Origin: Bacillota bacterium | GTDB taxonomy: Bacteria; Bacillota; Sulfobacillia; Sulfobacillales; Sulfobacillaceae | Length of the DNA stretch: 64,000 nucleotides | Direction: 5' to 3' | Assembly (NCBI GenBank): GCA_021797515.1 | Contig: JAJZZP010000046.1 | Location: forward strand, 6,330-70,329 | Shown: positions 37,317 through 47,353 of the stretch, piece after piece | How positions within the stretch are numbered: position 1 is the first letter of the stretch | How the letters are laid out: every line of letters starts with the position of its first letter | The notes under the pieces: generated by a model | Seen by the model: only the letters and a program-made list of their open reading frames with translations | The model's database searches: none | Told to the model about the DNA's origin: nothing | Made by a program: the position numbers and the translations under genes

Positions 37317-37345
37317 AACATACCATCCGGTCCGTATGTTGTCAA
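37317..37345 (-). promoter_or_regulatory. Putative promoter with embedded palindromic operator (unit 1)
   Basis: The minus strand reads TTGACA-17 nt-TATGTT. The palindrome AACATAC-N10-GTATGTT fills the spacer and the -10 element. It matches the element at 17506-17529 at 20 of 24 positions. Confidence 0.5.
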
Positions 37346-38102
37346 CAATCATATTGTCGTGATAGTTCTTTCAATTTTGAGATGATTGGCAACCTCGTGC
37401 CTTGTTTTGTACGCCTCCCAGACAAGGAGCATAGAATTTGAGGCAATATAAGCAAAACGCCCCCATAAGCGCCCTGCTGGGGGAAGAGATACTCATAAAA
37501 TAAGGCCGAATGACTATGGGCATCCCTAGGTTCGGACTTATCTACCCAAGCATATAGGCCTCGGACCCAGGCGTTCCGCTCTTGGCGCAAGGGTTTCCCG
37601 GGGATTGCCGGTTCACAGCGCTACGCAGCAGCGGATTGGCGGACAGTCGTCCCTCCGAACGGTATTTGGCAATACGAGCAAAACGATACCTTCAGAAAGC
37701 CATAAATTTCTCGGAACATGGTAATTACCCACCAGAAAGCAAATTCGTGACATATCGTGCAACACTGAACGTCGTCTAGTTATTGGGGGTTGAACCGCTT
37801 CCAGGACCATCGAAACCTTGGCTGGCTCATGATCGTGACCTGGATGGCGCGGCGTACAAAAAAATACCGGGCTTGAGACGGCACAAGCAAATGGATTCAT
37901 GGCGCAGCCATCACCGGTTTCTGATTATCCTCAGGGGTTGGCCTAGCATTTGAGAAAGGTGATTTCCTGAGTGTGCTTAAAAATCCGAATTAAGATAACT
38001 TGGGTCGCGGAAAACGTCACGAAATGTGCAAGTTTAACACCGTTACCACCATATCTTGGAATTACGCAACATCCACAAAAAGGCGACCCTTCGTCAACAA
38101 CC

Positions 38103-38681
38103 CTATGCTTTTAGCCCGGTAAGAAACAATTTGGCAAACAATTCGCCGATTTCCCCCGATGTCAGGGATTCGTTGGCGCGAAACCAAGTATACATCCAGT
38201 TGGACATACCCAGCAAAGCCAAGGTAGCAATGTTAGCTGGGATATCCGTTCTAAATACACCAGCTTCTTGGCCTTGGCGGATTACGGTTTCAAAAATTGC
38301 CTGGTATTTAGCCCGGACTGTTTTAATTTTTTCGAAATACTCCGGTTGCAACCTATGCATCTCTCTAAGGGAGACAGTAACTTCTTCGCGGAAAAGGCCA
38401 ATGGATTCCACCCCATCAACGATTAAGGCCTGCAGTGTATCCCACGGCGGCATTCCCTGGCCCAAAATAGTTTCTGCATGAGTCATTTCGTAGCTCACCA
38501 CTTGGTCGTGAATATGGTAAAGCAGATCATCTTTTGAAGTAAAGTAATAATAAAACGCTCCCTTGGTGACATTCGCCGCATCAACAATATCTTGTACCGA
38601 GGTAGCGTCAAATCCACGCTGCGCAAATAGAATTATCGCGTGGCGCAACAACCGCTCGGGAACTAATTCAATTTGTGACAT
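38103..38681 (-). CDS. TetR/AcrR-family transcriptional regulator
   Basis: The N-terminal HTH reads ..LLRHAIILFAQRGFDATSVQDIVDAANVTKGAFYYYF... The start was set at MSQIEL, which has GGGGGAG upstream. Confidence 0.85.
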   Translation of the reverse strand: MSQIELVPERLLRHAIILFAQRGFDATSVQDIVDAANVTKGAFYYYFTSKDDLLYHIHDQVVSYEMTHAETILGQGMPPWDTLQALIVDGVESIGLFREEVTVSLREMHRLQPEYFEKIKTVRAKYQAIFETVIRQGQEAGVFRTDIPANIATLALLGMSNWMYTWFRANESLTSGEIGELFAKLFLTGLKA

Positions 38682-40239
38682 GCTGTCTCCCCCTAAGTCA
38701 TTTAGCTTAATTCCCCATTTTATACATGATACAACACCGCCATGATACGCCGAAGACTGCAATCAGCATTTTAACTCTTGACGAGTTATTCCAAGCGCCG
38801 GATGCTTCTTGGCCCATCACACCTTTCAGAAAAGCATTCCGCCCATCGCGACGGACTCCTCGGCGATCAAAATGGTTCCGTAACCGTTGCACCATCTCTA
38901 GTTTACCCTTCGGATGCGGGCTTCCCGCGTTGGTAATCCGAACGCTTTTTTTGCCTGCGAAGCGCTCCGCGAACGGGACTGTTAGACCAGTCGTTAGACC
39001 AGTCGCCGGACAATTTCCTTCTCATACAACCTAGGCTAGAGAGCCATGTGCGTAGCACCACCGAAACCGCAAAATCTGCAGATCATCCCACGGTCGCTCC
39101 TTGATGTCGTACAGACTGGGGCTCACAAAGGGGCTTGGCCAATGTTTATGCCGTTTTGAAAACCGGGCTACCGATTCTTGGATAATAAAAAGATCACGCC
39201 GGCGAAACTGTTGAACCCCATCAAGCGGTTACGTAAGAACGCTCTGCAACGGAATCCATCGTCCTCATAGTCCACGATACACTCAATGGCACGCTGCGAC
39301 GACGGGCGGGGCATCGCTGAACCTTGTCGTCCAAATAGCGTGAGCACAAGATTCCGAAACCCGGGGTCAGAGCGCACTACGCAAGCAGTGGCCGATTGAA
39401 TAGAAAGAAAGCTGTCGCTGGTGGATTAAACAGTGGCATTTCACGTGGAAAACCGGAGGGAGTCACGCCGAAGACCGCAATTAGAAGTTAAAACGGACGC
39501 TATGTTCCGTCTTGGAGCGTCTCAAACCCGGTCCGGCCAGCCGGACGGGCGATAGCAAAATTCGATGGATTTCTTGGCCATAAGAGCGCTGACGATCCCC
39601 GAGTGAAAACCTTGTGGCGAAGATTTCGCCAATTCGTCGTGGGGCTACTACCTTCAGGTTACGGAACCGATGTCTCAGTCCTCCTGCCAACCGTTCTGAT
39701 GAGCGAGTAGCCCCCGGGGAGTTGCACCCCGAGGCTCTCCCAGAACCGGCCATGAACCTCTCTATCGACGACCCAGGTCCACCGGGGTGGGGCCGCCTTT
39801 GCGACGAATCCGGAGATTCATCGGTAAAGCGATGGGATGCCCGCCCCAGGGCGGGCTCCAAATCACCACCAACAAGACCATCGCGCCAATATCCTGCAAG
39901 CCCGACATGCCGACCGGGATACCGGACCCACGCACTAAAATCATGCGCTCATTGCGCAAGATCGGGAGCGATCACTGCGGACGAAAACAGGCTCGCCAAC
40001 GACATCCGCCATATCTCCATCACCACGTTCCTCCTGGACCGTGGCGGGGATTGCATCCAGATTGTTATGATGCCATAATAAAAGAACCTTTGGGTGGTAA
40101 TTTTTGGTACTCCCTACCAACGCCATGCCACTCGGAACTTCTGTTTGTCACCCCTAAAAACAGTGTCGAATTTTACGAAATTTTTCAAAGTTGAGTAAAA
40201 CAAATACTCCAGTCTATATTCATGGCAACCTCACGTTAG

Positions 40240-41388
40240 TTAGCCCTTATTAAGCCTCTGATAGAGCCACAATGCGGGATGAAGTGCGGAAACTTCCGTA
40301 TATTGGTGCAAATGAAGCGCGCACGTGCCGCTATCCACCAACATCGACTCAGGCTCGGGAGTAAGACATAATTCCTCAAGAGCTGACTTGGCTGATTTGC
40401 CTAAAGCCGCTGCCGCATCTTCGTGCTCAGCCTTAAATGCATACGATCCTGCCGCTCCGCAACAAGCAATGCCCAGCGGAACCGGTATAGCACTAGTCAA
40501 TGCCGCCAACTGCTCCATCGCTCCTTCTCCTTGAGCCACCTTGCCGCGGCATGTGGTATGCACCAAGACTTGCCGACCTTTTTCAGATACCTGCGCCCAA
40601 AATTCTTGGGGTGCATGTGATACAATCCAGTCGGTCCACGGCATGACCACCGTAGTCGGGCTATCCAAGCCCAAATAACGCGGCCATTCATCGCGGATAG
40701 TGCCATCGCAAGTCGCATTGAGGGTCAGTAACGTGGAAACCGGGGTACGGTTCAGCGCATCATAAGTGCTGGCAGCAATGTCTTTCGCGTCTTGCAGCCG
40801 CCCGCTGGCATATGCCGCTGCTCCACAGCAGTGAGCATCCCGAGGCACCAGTTGAACCTGATATCCTAGCTGATTGAGGATCCACACGGCGGCCTTTACG
40901 GTCTCCCCGCCATAGTCTCGGTTGAAACAGTCTACAAACAACCCGATCTCTCGGTTCGGAACACTTTGGTGTAGTGAGCGGAAGATCCGGTTTTTTTTCG
41001 GATAATCAGCCTTTCTCGAGAGTCGAAAGGCTGTAGCGAAAAGTCGCGGCACTTTATCAGGCCCTACGGGCAATCGTCCTATCCAATGAGGGTGGGATAG
41101 GGCAAAGTCTCGCAGTCGACCAATTTTTGACCGGTAGCGTCGATGGCGGTCTTTATGTTGAGCAATAAGATGGGCAACCGGAACCTGTGCCGGGCAGGCT
41201 TCTTCGCAAAGTTGGCAAAATGTGCAATCGTCCACCGAAGCATCTGTTTGCTGAAAGTCGGCCGCCACTGCACTTCGCCACCACTCCGGTCCCAATGCCT
41301 TAGGCCCGGAAAACGCGGAATCGACCCGGACAATTGGGCACGCGGCAATACACAACGAGCATTTGAGACACGCATCATCATTTAGCAA
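40240..41388 (-). CDS. glpC: Anaerobic glycerol-3-phosphate dehydrogenase subunit C (Fe-S/CCG-domain protein)
   Basis: Two ferredoxin-type clusters (CLKCSLCIAACP and CTFCQLCEEACP) and two CCG domains are present. The start is TTG, with AGGAGG 6 nt upstream. Confidence 0.85.
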   Translation of the reverse strand: MLNDDACLKCSLCIAACPIVRVDSAFSGPKALGPEWWRSAVAADFQQTDASVDDCTFCQLCEEACPAQVPVAHLIAQHKDRHRRYRSKIGRLRDFALSHPHWIGRLPVGPDKVPRLFATAFRLSRKADYPKKNRIFRSLHQSVPNREIGLFVDCFNRDYGGETVKAAVWILNQLGYQVQLVPRDAHCCGAAAYASGRLQDAKDIAASTYDALNRTPVSTLLTLNATCDGTIRDEWPRYLGLDSPTTVVMPWTDWIVSHAPQEFWAQVSEKGRQVLVHTTCRGKVAQGEGAMEQLAALTSAIPVPLGIACCGAAGSYAFKAEHEDAAAALGKSAKSALEELCLTPEPESMLVDSGTCALHLHQYTEVSALHPALWLYQRLNKG

Positions 41389-42520
41389 GGCTGACCTCCT
41401 GTTGCACAGAGTGCCACCACTTCAATACCGAACCCAAGACTTGCCCTGCACCTCCATGAAGGTCGCCGTTCCATCTCCCGGAGGACCGGCCCACCACATC
41501 ATAGTTCGAGGAATCTCGGGCAATTGACAGCAATGGCAAATCTTCGGGATCGCCGCTCCATAAGATGGTCTCCCCTGTCGCCGTATTAGTCACGGTATGA
41601 TCCCAATTCACCCGCAATCCGCCGCCTAACACGCCACCGGTGGCCAAAACTGTCCGCCCCGCAAGCACTCGACCGTCGGTTAGCCACACACCGTCGTTAC
41701 TTATTCGGATGGCCTCCCCCGTTAGCAAACGGACTCCTTGACGTACCAAAAATTTTTGCCAGCGTTCTTGAATCCGAATCCCGCCCAAAGCCGGAGCAAC
41801 CAGCGGAATCTCTTTGACCTTCCGTCCTAACGCCAAACTTAAGCGATTTAAGAGCTGTTCAGTATGGCGGATCCCTATGACTTGCGGCAAAAGCAGTGGA
41901 TTTTGAGCATCCGTGCCCACTAGTGCTTGCTCCAGATCGTGCATTAGCCAATCCATCCCGACTTCCGTATCAAAGAACCCAGCCCAATGCAAGGCCGTCC
42001 AACGCGGAGACCAATTTCCCGGTGCTGGCCGATACCTTGCCTGCGCCTCGAGTCCACTGCTCAATTGATACCTGGCGGTCCAACTTTCTAAATCCAAATC
42101 GGCAATGCCATGCCACGACACTACCGTAACCGGCTCCGGTATTCTGCAAGCATATTGCCAGTTTGGTACGACATAGCGCGGATACAGCACGCCCGTGGCC
42201 GTCGGGCTTAAGAGGTTTGCAGCCATCACATCAACCTGAGTCTCCACCCCAATGCCCGCTAATATTTGCCTCCAGGTATCCCAACCAGACAGCCATTGGT
42301 CATAGGACAGATACCGCGAAAGAACGTCGCGGTGATCTTCAGGATGCGTGACCGGCCTCAATTTGTGATCCACACTATAAAAATCTAAGGTTCCGCTCCA
42401 TAAGGGAAACGAACCTTGTCCATGAGACACCACCGTGACATTGTAGCCAGCGTCCAGCAATAACGAGGCGGACAACAGCCCTGACGGTCCTTTGCCCACC
42501 ACCACCCACTCACGACTCAT
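41378..42520 (-). CDS. glpB: Anaerobic glycerol-3-phosphate dehydrogenase subunit B
   Basis: The N-terminal dinucleotide fold reads VVVGKGPSGLLSA. The gene sits between glpA and glpC with overlapping stop and start codons. Confidence 0.8.
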   Translation of the reverse strand: MSREWVVVGKGPSGLLSASLLLDAGYNVTVVSHGQGSFPLWSGTLDFYSVDHKLRPVTHPEDHRDVLSRYLSYDQWLSGWDTWRQILAGIGVETQVDVMAANLLSPTATGVLYPRYVVPNWQYACRIPEPVTVVSWHGIADLDLESWTARYQLSSGLEAQARYRPAPGNWSPRWTALHWAGFFDTEVGMDWLMHDLEQALVGTDAQNPLLLPQVIGIRHTEQLLNRLSLALGRKVKEIPLVAPALGGIRIQERWQKFLVRQGVRLLTGEAIRISNDGVWLTDGRVLAGRTVLATGGVLGGGLRVNWDHTVTNTATGETILWSGDPEDLPLLSIARDSSNYDVVGRSSGRWNGDLHGGAGQVLGSVLKWWHSVQQEVSLAK

Positions 42521-43959
42521 TTTGGTGGCTCCCCCAATCCCTGAAAACGAATGTTGCGTTGCAGCAGCCACTCCACCGCGTTGTCACCCCAGAGTGCGGA
42601 TAACATGCCACGTTCACGCTCTTTTCGAAATTTCAGAAGCTCCTGATCGCTTTGATCAATCCCCAGCTGATGGCTCTGCCATGCCGCTACTCGATGGCCG
42701 CAAAAGGTTCCCTGGCAGGGCCCCATGCCAAACCAGGTGCGTGTCCGCAAATCTGTTAGCGAGCAACCGGAATAGTGCTGTATTTGCCGACTCGATACTC
42801 TTTCGCATTCACACAGCAAAGGTTCGGCGTGACCACCAGCGCCAACCCCCTCTACCCGGGGGGGCAAGGGATGATCCTGGGTTTGGCATGCCGTGGAGTA
42901 ATGCAAGTATCCTGCAACCCTATCCGCCACTTGTTGCGCCATCAACCGAAACGTGGTCCATTTTCCCCCAATGACGGAAAATGCCCCTGATAATGGATGC
43001 TCTACGACCACAAAATCCCGGCTGATGTCTCGAGTCGGAGTGCTGCCGCTACCCGGTGCCCGATATAGCGGACGAACTCCAGTAAAAGCCCGCAACACTC
43101 GCCACTGTCCCATATCGGGAAACATCTCCTGACCTCGCTCCATTAACTCGAAAACTTCTTGAATGTCCGGTGATGGGGCTGCTGGCAAATCGGTTTCCCG
43201 GTCGGTGGTTCCCCAGATACTGATGTGGTCATGAGGAACTAAAATATCTCCATCTCCAGGCATGTCTAGCCGGTTAATCACTTGGGGTTGGTGACGATGA
43301 GAAAACAACACCATGACACCACGCGACAGTGTTAAAGGCAGCGGATCACCCCATAGGGCCGCCACTTCCCCGGCCCAGGGACCAGCCGCATTCACCACGG
43401 CATCTACGGCCAATTCTTGGGTTCCTTGAGCAGATTCGAGAATCACCTTGCGAATCTTGCCGTTTACTTGCGCCGCACCAACCAATCGGGTATGGGTCAA
43501 CACCCTGCCCCCACCCGATTCAACTCCCCGGGCAAGTGCCTGCAATAACGGATACCCATTGATCACACCATCGTTCACTGAAAAAGCCCGACTCCAACGA
43601 GAGTTGAGTCCTTCTACTGCGACACTAGCCGCCACCGGAATGTGCACCGCCTGACAACCTTGTTTCCATTTGTCGATGAGGCGATCAGGCACTTCAGGGG
43701 GAGCAGCAAACAGCCCTCCAGTATCCTCAATGTAGGAAGCCGCGATGCGTCGCAAGCAAAGGTTCTCAGTTTGGCATTGGCCCGCCGCTACCGTATCAGT
43801 CAAGACATATCTTGCCCCACTGTGCAAAAGGCCATGAAAACGCCCCGAGGTCCCATGAGCCAAGTCTCCTTGATCCACCACCGTCACCGGTACGCCTCGC
43901 AGCATGAGATCCCAAGCTGCCCCAAGACCAGTTGCTCCTGCTCCCACCACCACCACCAA
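42517..43959 (-). CDS. glpA: Anaerobic glycerol-3-phosphate dehydrogenase subunit A (FAD; BFD-like 2Fe-2S tail)
   Basis: The sequence (M)VVVVGAGATGLG..HGTSGRFHGLLHSGARY is followed by the C-terminal CECERVS...GPCQGTFCG. The start is TTG, with GGGGAG 8 nt upstream. Confidence 0.85.
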   Translation of the reverse strand: MVVVVGAGATGLGAAWDLMLRGVPVTVVDQGDLAHGTSGRFHGLLHSGARYVLTDTVAAGQCQTENLCLRRIAASYIEDTGGLFAAPPEVPDRLIDKWKQGCQAVHIPVAASVAVEGLNSRWSRAFSVNDGVINGYPLLQALARGVESGGGRVLTHTRLVGAAQVNGKIRKVILESAQGTQELAVDAVVNAAGPWAGEVAALWGDPLPLTLSRGVMVLFSHRHQPQVINRLDMPGDGDILVPHDHISIWGTTDRETDLPAAPSPDIQEVFELMERGQEMFPDMGQWRVLRAFTGVRPLYRAPGSGSTPTRDISRDFVVVEHPLSGAFSVIGGKWTTFRLMAQQVADRVAGYLHYSTACQTQDHPLPPRVEGVGAGGHAEPLLCECERVSSRQIQHYSGCSLTDLRTRTWFGMGPCQGTFCGHRVAAWQSHQLGIDQSDQELLKFRKERERGMLSALWGDNAVEWLLQRNIRFQGLGEPPK

Positions 43960-43980
43960 GGCAGCATCTCCCCTTCACGG

Positions 43981-44022
43981 CAAAAGCCCGGGGCGCCCCC
44001 TAATAAAGGGACACTCCGGGCT
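43981..44022 (-). terminator. Candidate leader hairpin/attenuator upstream of glpA
   Basis: The minus strand reads AGCCCGG...CCGGGCT followed by TTTTG, ending about 8 nt before the glpA RBS. The stem is imperfect. Confidence 0.35.
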
Positions 44023-44062
44023 CTCCATTTCTCAACCCGCAACCAATTGTCGTCTTCCCTGT

Positions 44063-44092
44063 ATTATACGATAGGCGCCATGATCCAGGCAA
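44063..44092 (-). promoter_or_regulatory. Candidate sigma-A promoter for glpABC
   Basis: The minus strand reads TTGCCT-18 nt-TATAAT, directly after the stop codon of the hydrogenase-like small subunit. Confidence 0.35.
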
Positions 44093-44100
44093 ACGCCACT

Positions 44101-44529
44101 TCAGTCAAGAGTTTTTCTCCAGACTGTAATCTGCCGCAAGATGTCTTGCGGCAGCGGTGGGCAACCCATAATCACCAAGTCTGGAGGTCGCACACTGGCC
44201 ACTCCGCTATAGCATGCGTACGCACCTTGAAACACTCCACAGCCCGCTGCGCAGTCGCCCAAAGCAATCAGCCACTTGGGCTCCGGAACCGCATCCCAAT
44301 CCTGCATCAAAGGGCGCTTCATAGTATCGGTCACGGGACCCGTGACCACCAAACCGTCAGCGTGCCGCGGGGAGGCCACCACATCTATCCCCGAATGCTG
44401 CATGTCATAAAATCGATTGCCAAGTGCCGTTAATTCTTGCTCACAACCATTACAACTGCCAGCATCCACATGCCTCAACTGCAACACCTGGATCGATTTG
44501 CCCACGAATCTCAACTCCTTTGCCCCCAT
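44101..44529 (-). CDS. NuoB/HycG/EchC-type small subunit of a group-4 hydrogenase-like complex
   Basis: The 142-aa product retains the [4Fe-4S] ligands: GSCNGCE, GDCAAGCG and GCPP. Confidence 0.85.
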   Translation of the reverse strand: MGAKELRFVGKSIQVLQLRHVDAGSCNGCEQELTALGNRFYDMQHSGIDVVASPRHADGLVVTGPVTDTMKRPLMQDWDAVPEPKWLIALGDCAAGCGVFQGAYACYSGVASVRPPDLVIMGCPPLPQDILRQITVWRKTLD

Positions 44530-44543
44530 AATATGTTCCCACC

Positions 44544-46001
44544 CTAGCGATCTAAGCAGCTATAACACAACTCAAAACTTTTGTTAATTAAAGGAAAGTC
44601 TCCCACCGCGTTGCCCGCCACCGCTTTGGACAGCAGTGGCCAATTACGGAACGTGCCGGAACGAACATGGTAGCGAATGACCTTCCCGCGATCAACTGCT
44701 ACGATATGGGCATTAAGTCCATGAGGGGATTCAGAAAACGTAGCCGCCTGACCGATAAGATCTGTTGGTGGTTCCCAAAAGGGCAGCGCGCTATGAATTT
44801 GATACCTCTGCAACACCCCTTGCATCAATCGCCAAGAAGCCTCAACTTCGTCTAACCGTACCTTGAAGCGCCCCGAGACATCGCCTGACGTTTCGCTGGC
44901 ATAGTCCACATGCCAACCATGGTAGAGTGGCATCAGTTGTCGGGCATCAAAAGTCAGCCCCGACGCGCGCGCCACAACGCCCTGACCACCGAATCGCAAC
45001 GCATCGCTTTGACGCACCATCCCTACTCCCTTCATCCGGTCTTGAAACCCGTGATGGCCTTGCACCAGTGACCGCCATGGCCGCCACTCACGCTGCAACT
45101 GGGTAATCAGGGCTCCCAAAGCCGCGGTGTCCATAGCCAAAGATTTCCCCGGATGGACGGTATCAAACAACAACCGATGGCCAAATATGACCGTGAGACC
45201 GCGCTGCCATCGCTCTTTCATCGTCAACGCCTTTTGGTTGGCCACCGAAAACCCCACACCGGCAGGTATTTGCGCCAGGTCATTGAGATGGCTTAATATG
45301 CGCTCTGATTCCAACAACAGGATTCGTTGCCACTTGATCTCATCAGGGACTTGATAACCCGCCATCTCCTCCACTGCCATGGCCAAATTAGTCTGGTGGG
45401 AGACGGTGTCGGCGCCACAAATCCGGGAGATTAAAGGCGCCACGGACCCGATGAGACGTCCTTGCAACTGGCCTTCCACCCCGCGATGGTTTTGAAACAG
45501 GTGAAGATCTAAGTGCAAGATGTTTTCCCCGATGATGCTGAAGACAAAGTGACCTGATTCGATAATTCCCGCATGGGTCGGCCCCACTTTCATAATGGTG
45601 ACGCCCTCGCCCTCCACCGTCTGTTCTGGATTATTGGGTGCCACCTCACGCCATGGTGGTTTTTGCGGTGCGTTCAGGCCTGCCATCGGGTAAAATTCAT
45701 CCGGCCACCTGGGATTACGCACCAAAGCCCGTAAATCAGGATGCCCTTGGGGCCGATAGCCAAACACATCGTGAATTTCTCTTTCGTCCCATGCCATTTC
45801 CGGCAATTCCACTGTCAACGACGGAAATTCCAAGCCATGCATATCCCAGTTGTCCTGAACAACCTGCCCACTAGGCATGAGCCAATGAACGGCGATATGG
45901 CCTCCGGCAAAAGCCGTCACTCCCAGCACATGCGCTCCCAAATTTTTTCGTCGAACATTGTTGGTTATCCACTCTTTTTTTGTCATCAGCGCCGCAATCA
46001 T
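44544..46001 (-). CDS. NuoC-NuoD/HycE-type large subunit with a degenerate N-terminal metal-binding motif
   Basis: The N-terminus is NuoC-like (..WDEREIHDVFGY..) and the NuoD/HycE core reads ..GPTHAGIIESGHF... Motif L1 reads RICGADTVSH, with only one Cys where CxxC is expected. The protein ends ..ELCYSCLDR*, so the C-terminal CxxC is retained and there is no extension. Confidence 0.85.
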   Translation of the reverse strand: MIAALMTKKEWITNNVRRKNLGAHVLGVTAFAGGHIAVHWLMPSGQVVQDNWDMHGLEFPSLTVELPEMAWDEREIHDVFGYRPQGHPDLRALVRNPRWPDEFYPMAGLNAPQKPPWREVAPNNPEQTVEGEGVTIMKVGPTHAGIIESGHFVFSIIGENILHLDLHLFQNHRGVEGQLQGRLIGSVAPLISRICGADTVSHQTNLAMAVEEMAGYQVPDEIKWQRILLLESERILSHLNDLAQIPAGVGFSVANQKALTMKERWQRGLTVIFGHRLLFDTVHPGKSLAMDTAALGALITQLQREWRPWRSLVQGHHGFQDRMKGVGMVRQSDALRFGGQGVVARASGLTFDARQLMPLYHGWHVDYASETSGDVSGRFKVRLDEVEASWRLMQGVLQRYQIHSALPFWEPPTDLIGQAATFSESPHGLNAHIVAVDRGKVIRYHVRSGTFRNWPLLSKAVAGNAVGDFPLINKSFELCYSCLDR

Positions 46002-47350
46002 GCCATTTCCTCCCCAAAAGCCGCTGTGCTCGAACTGTCCCCACTCGCTTTGTTGTCTTCATTGCTGCTGTACTGGGAAAAGTTCAGCCCTCCCCAGAGA
46101 CCACTCAGAAGATGGTACGTTAAGGCGGCAAACGTCACCAAAAGAGCCAAACTCAGCACGATAATAAGCCACACTTGGTGCGTTTCCCACATGGCATGAA
46201 GCATGATCCATTCGCTGTAACCCAGGCCCAGAGGTGGTATTCCAGCCAGAGCCAGGATACCTAGAGACCAACTCACCGCCAATCCGGGATGAGTTTTGGC
46301 CATGTCAGTAATCTTTTCCAGCCGTTTACTGTGGTATACCGCTGATAGATGACCGGAAAGATAAAATAGGGTGGACTTAATGGCCGCATGAAACACCAAC
46401 TGTAAGAACGCTGCCAATTCTGCCAATGGGGTACCAAGGCCAAACCCAATGGCCATAATGCCAACCTGCTCAATCGATGAATAGGCCAGAAGTCGTTTGA
46501 TATCACGCTGAACCAACAAAGCCAAGGATCCCACCGCAATCGATAGCACCCCATAAAATACCAATAAATGGGGCCCAGACAGCAACGCTGTCGGAGGCTG
46601 CGGCACCGCAGCCACAAACCGTTCGATAGTGACCAAACAAAGACCCAATAGGGCTCCCGATAAAAGTCCGCTGACAGGAGACGGTGCCTCCGAATGCGCA
46701 TCCGGCAGCCAGGTGTGAAACGGCACCAACCCGACTTTGGTGCCAATCCCGCTCACAATAAAGATGGTCGCAACCCCGCGCACAATGGGGGCAATGGCAT
46801 GGTAATGGCGAGAGAGGTTGCTATAAGCCAAGGTTTCCCAGCCTAATCCTTGAAATCTTAGTCCGGCGTATACAAAAATGATCCCGATCAATGCCAAGGC
46901 TAACCCCACTGATGCAATGACGATATACTTCCAAGCCGCCTCCAGTGCCCGCCGGTTTCCCATTTCCACCACCAAAGCCCCGGACGCCAGGGTAGAAAAC
47001 TCAATGGCCACCCACGACACCATTAAATTTTCGGCCAGCACAATCGCAGCTAATGCTCCCCAAAACAAGGCCCACCAAATATAGTAACGTTCTAGGCGGA
47101 TGCCTCGATGTTCCCTTAAAAACCAGATGCTATCCCAGGCACTGGTGGTGGCCAATACGGTGACCACCAACAATAAAATGTCTTGCCAATCGCCGTGGAA
47201 AACCTGAGAATACGTAGCCACTGCCGTCACCACCAGCACCATCGTTACCCAAAGCGCAATGACCAAAGCGATTTTGCGAGCCCTCAACCACACCCCCAAT
47301 AAAGCCAAAACAATCACGATCAAGGGTCCCAGTCCATATTGGATACTCAT
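45998..47350 (-). CDS. NuoM/N / HyfF-type antiporter-like membrane subunit
   Basis: The 450-aa polytopic product has a proton-conducting-membrane-transporter fold (..HTWLPDAHSEAP..). An ATGA overlap joins it to the large-subunit gene. Confidence 0.8.
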   Translation of the reverse strand: MSIQYGLGPLIVIVLALLGVWLRARKIALVIALWVTMVLVVTAVATYSQVFHGDWQDILLLVVTVLATTSAWDSIWFLREHRGIRLERYYIWWALFWGALAAIVLAENLMVSWVAIEFSTLASGALVVEMGNRRALEAAWKYIVIASVGLALALIGIIFVYAGLRFQGLGWETLAYSNLSRHYHAIAPIVRGVATIFIVSGIGTKVGLVPFHTWLPDAHSEAPSPVSGLLSGALLGLCLVTIERFVAAVPQPPTALLSGPHLLVFYGVLSIAVGSLALLVQRDIKRLLAYSSIEQVGIMAIGFGLGTPLAELAAFLQLVFHAAIKSTLFYLSGHLSAVYHSKRLEKITDMAKTHPGLAVSWSLGILALAGIPPLGLGYSEWIMLHAMWETHQVWLIIVLSLALLVTFAALTYHLLSGLWGGLNFSQYSSNEDNKASGDSSSTAAFGEEMA

Positions 47351-47353
47351 TTT

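Noticed and set aside
38763-40239. A 1.5-kb stretch with mutually overlapping ORFs on both strands (for example 39168-39377, 39481-39861, 39614-40078, 39787-40194) and a 12-nt tandem duplication (gttagaccagtc, two units, at 38981-39004). It was considered as a degraded IS5-like element.
   Set aside because: Only weak, out-of-order resemblances to IS5-type motifs were found (..AIECIV.., ..RKGGPTPVDL..). No ends or coherent frame could be reconstructed. The region is left as uncallable degraded sequence.
43642-44433. Long ORFs antisense to well-supported genes: 43642-44433 (263 aa), 21280-21951 (223 aa), 34408-34944 (178 aa), 48406-48906 (166 aa), 35683-36445, and many in the 60-150 aa range.
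   Set aside because: Each lies opposite a gene with clear family motifs. They have Arg/Pro/Ser/His-rich, low-complexity composition with no recognisable domain or RBS. This is typical of antisense frames in moderately GC-rich DNA.
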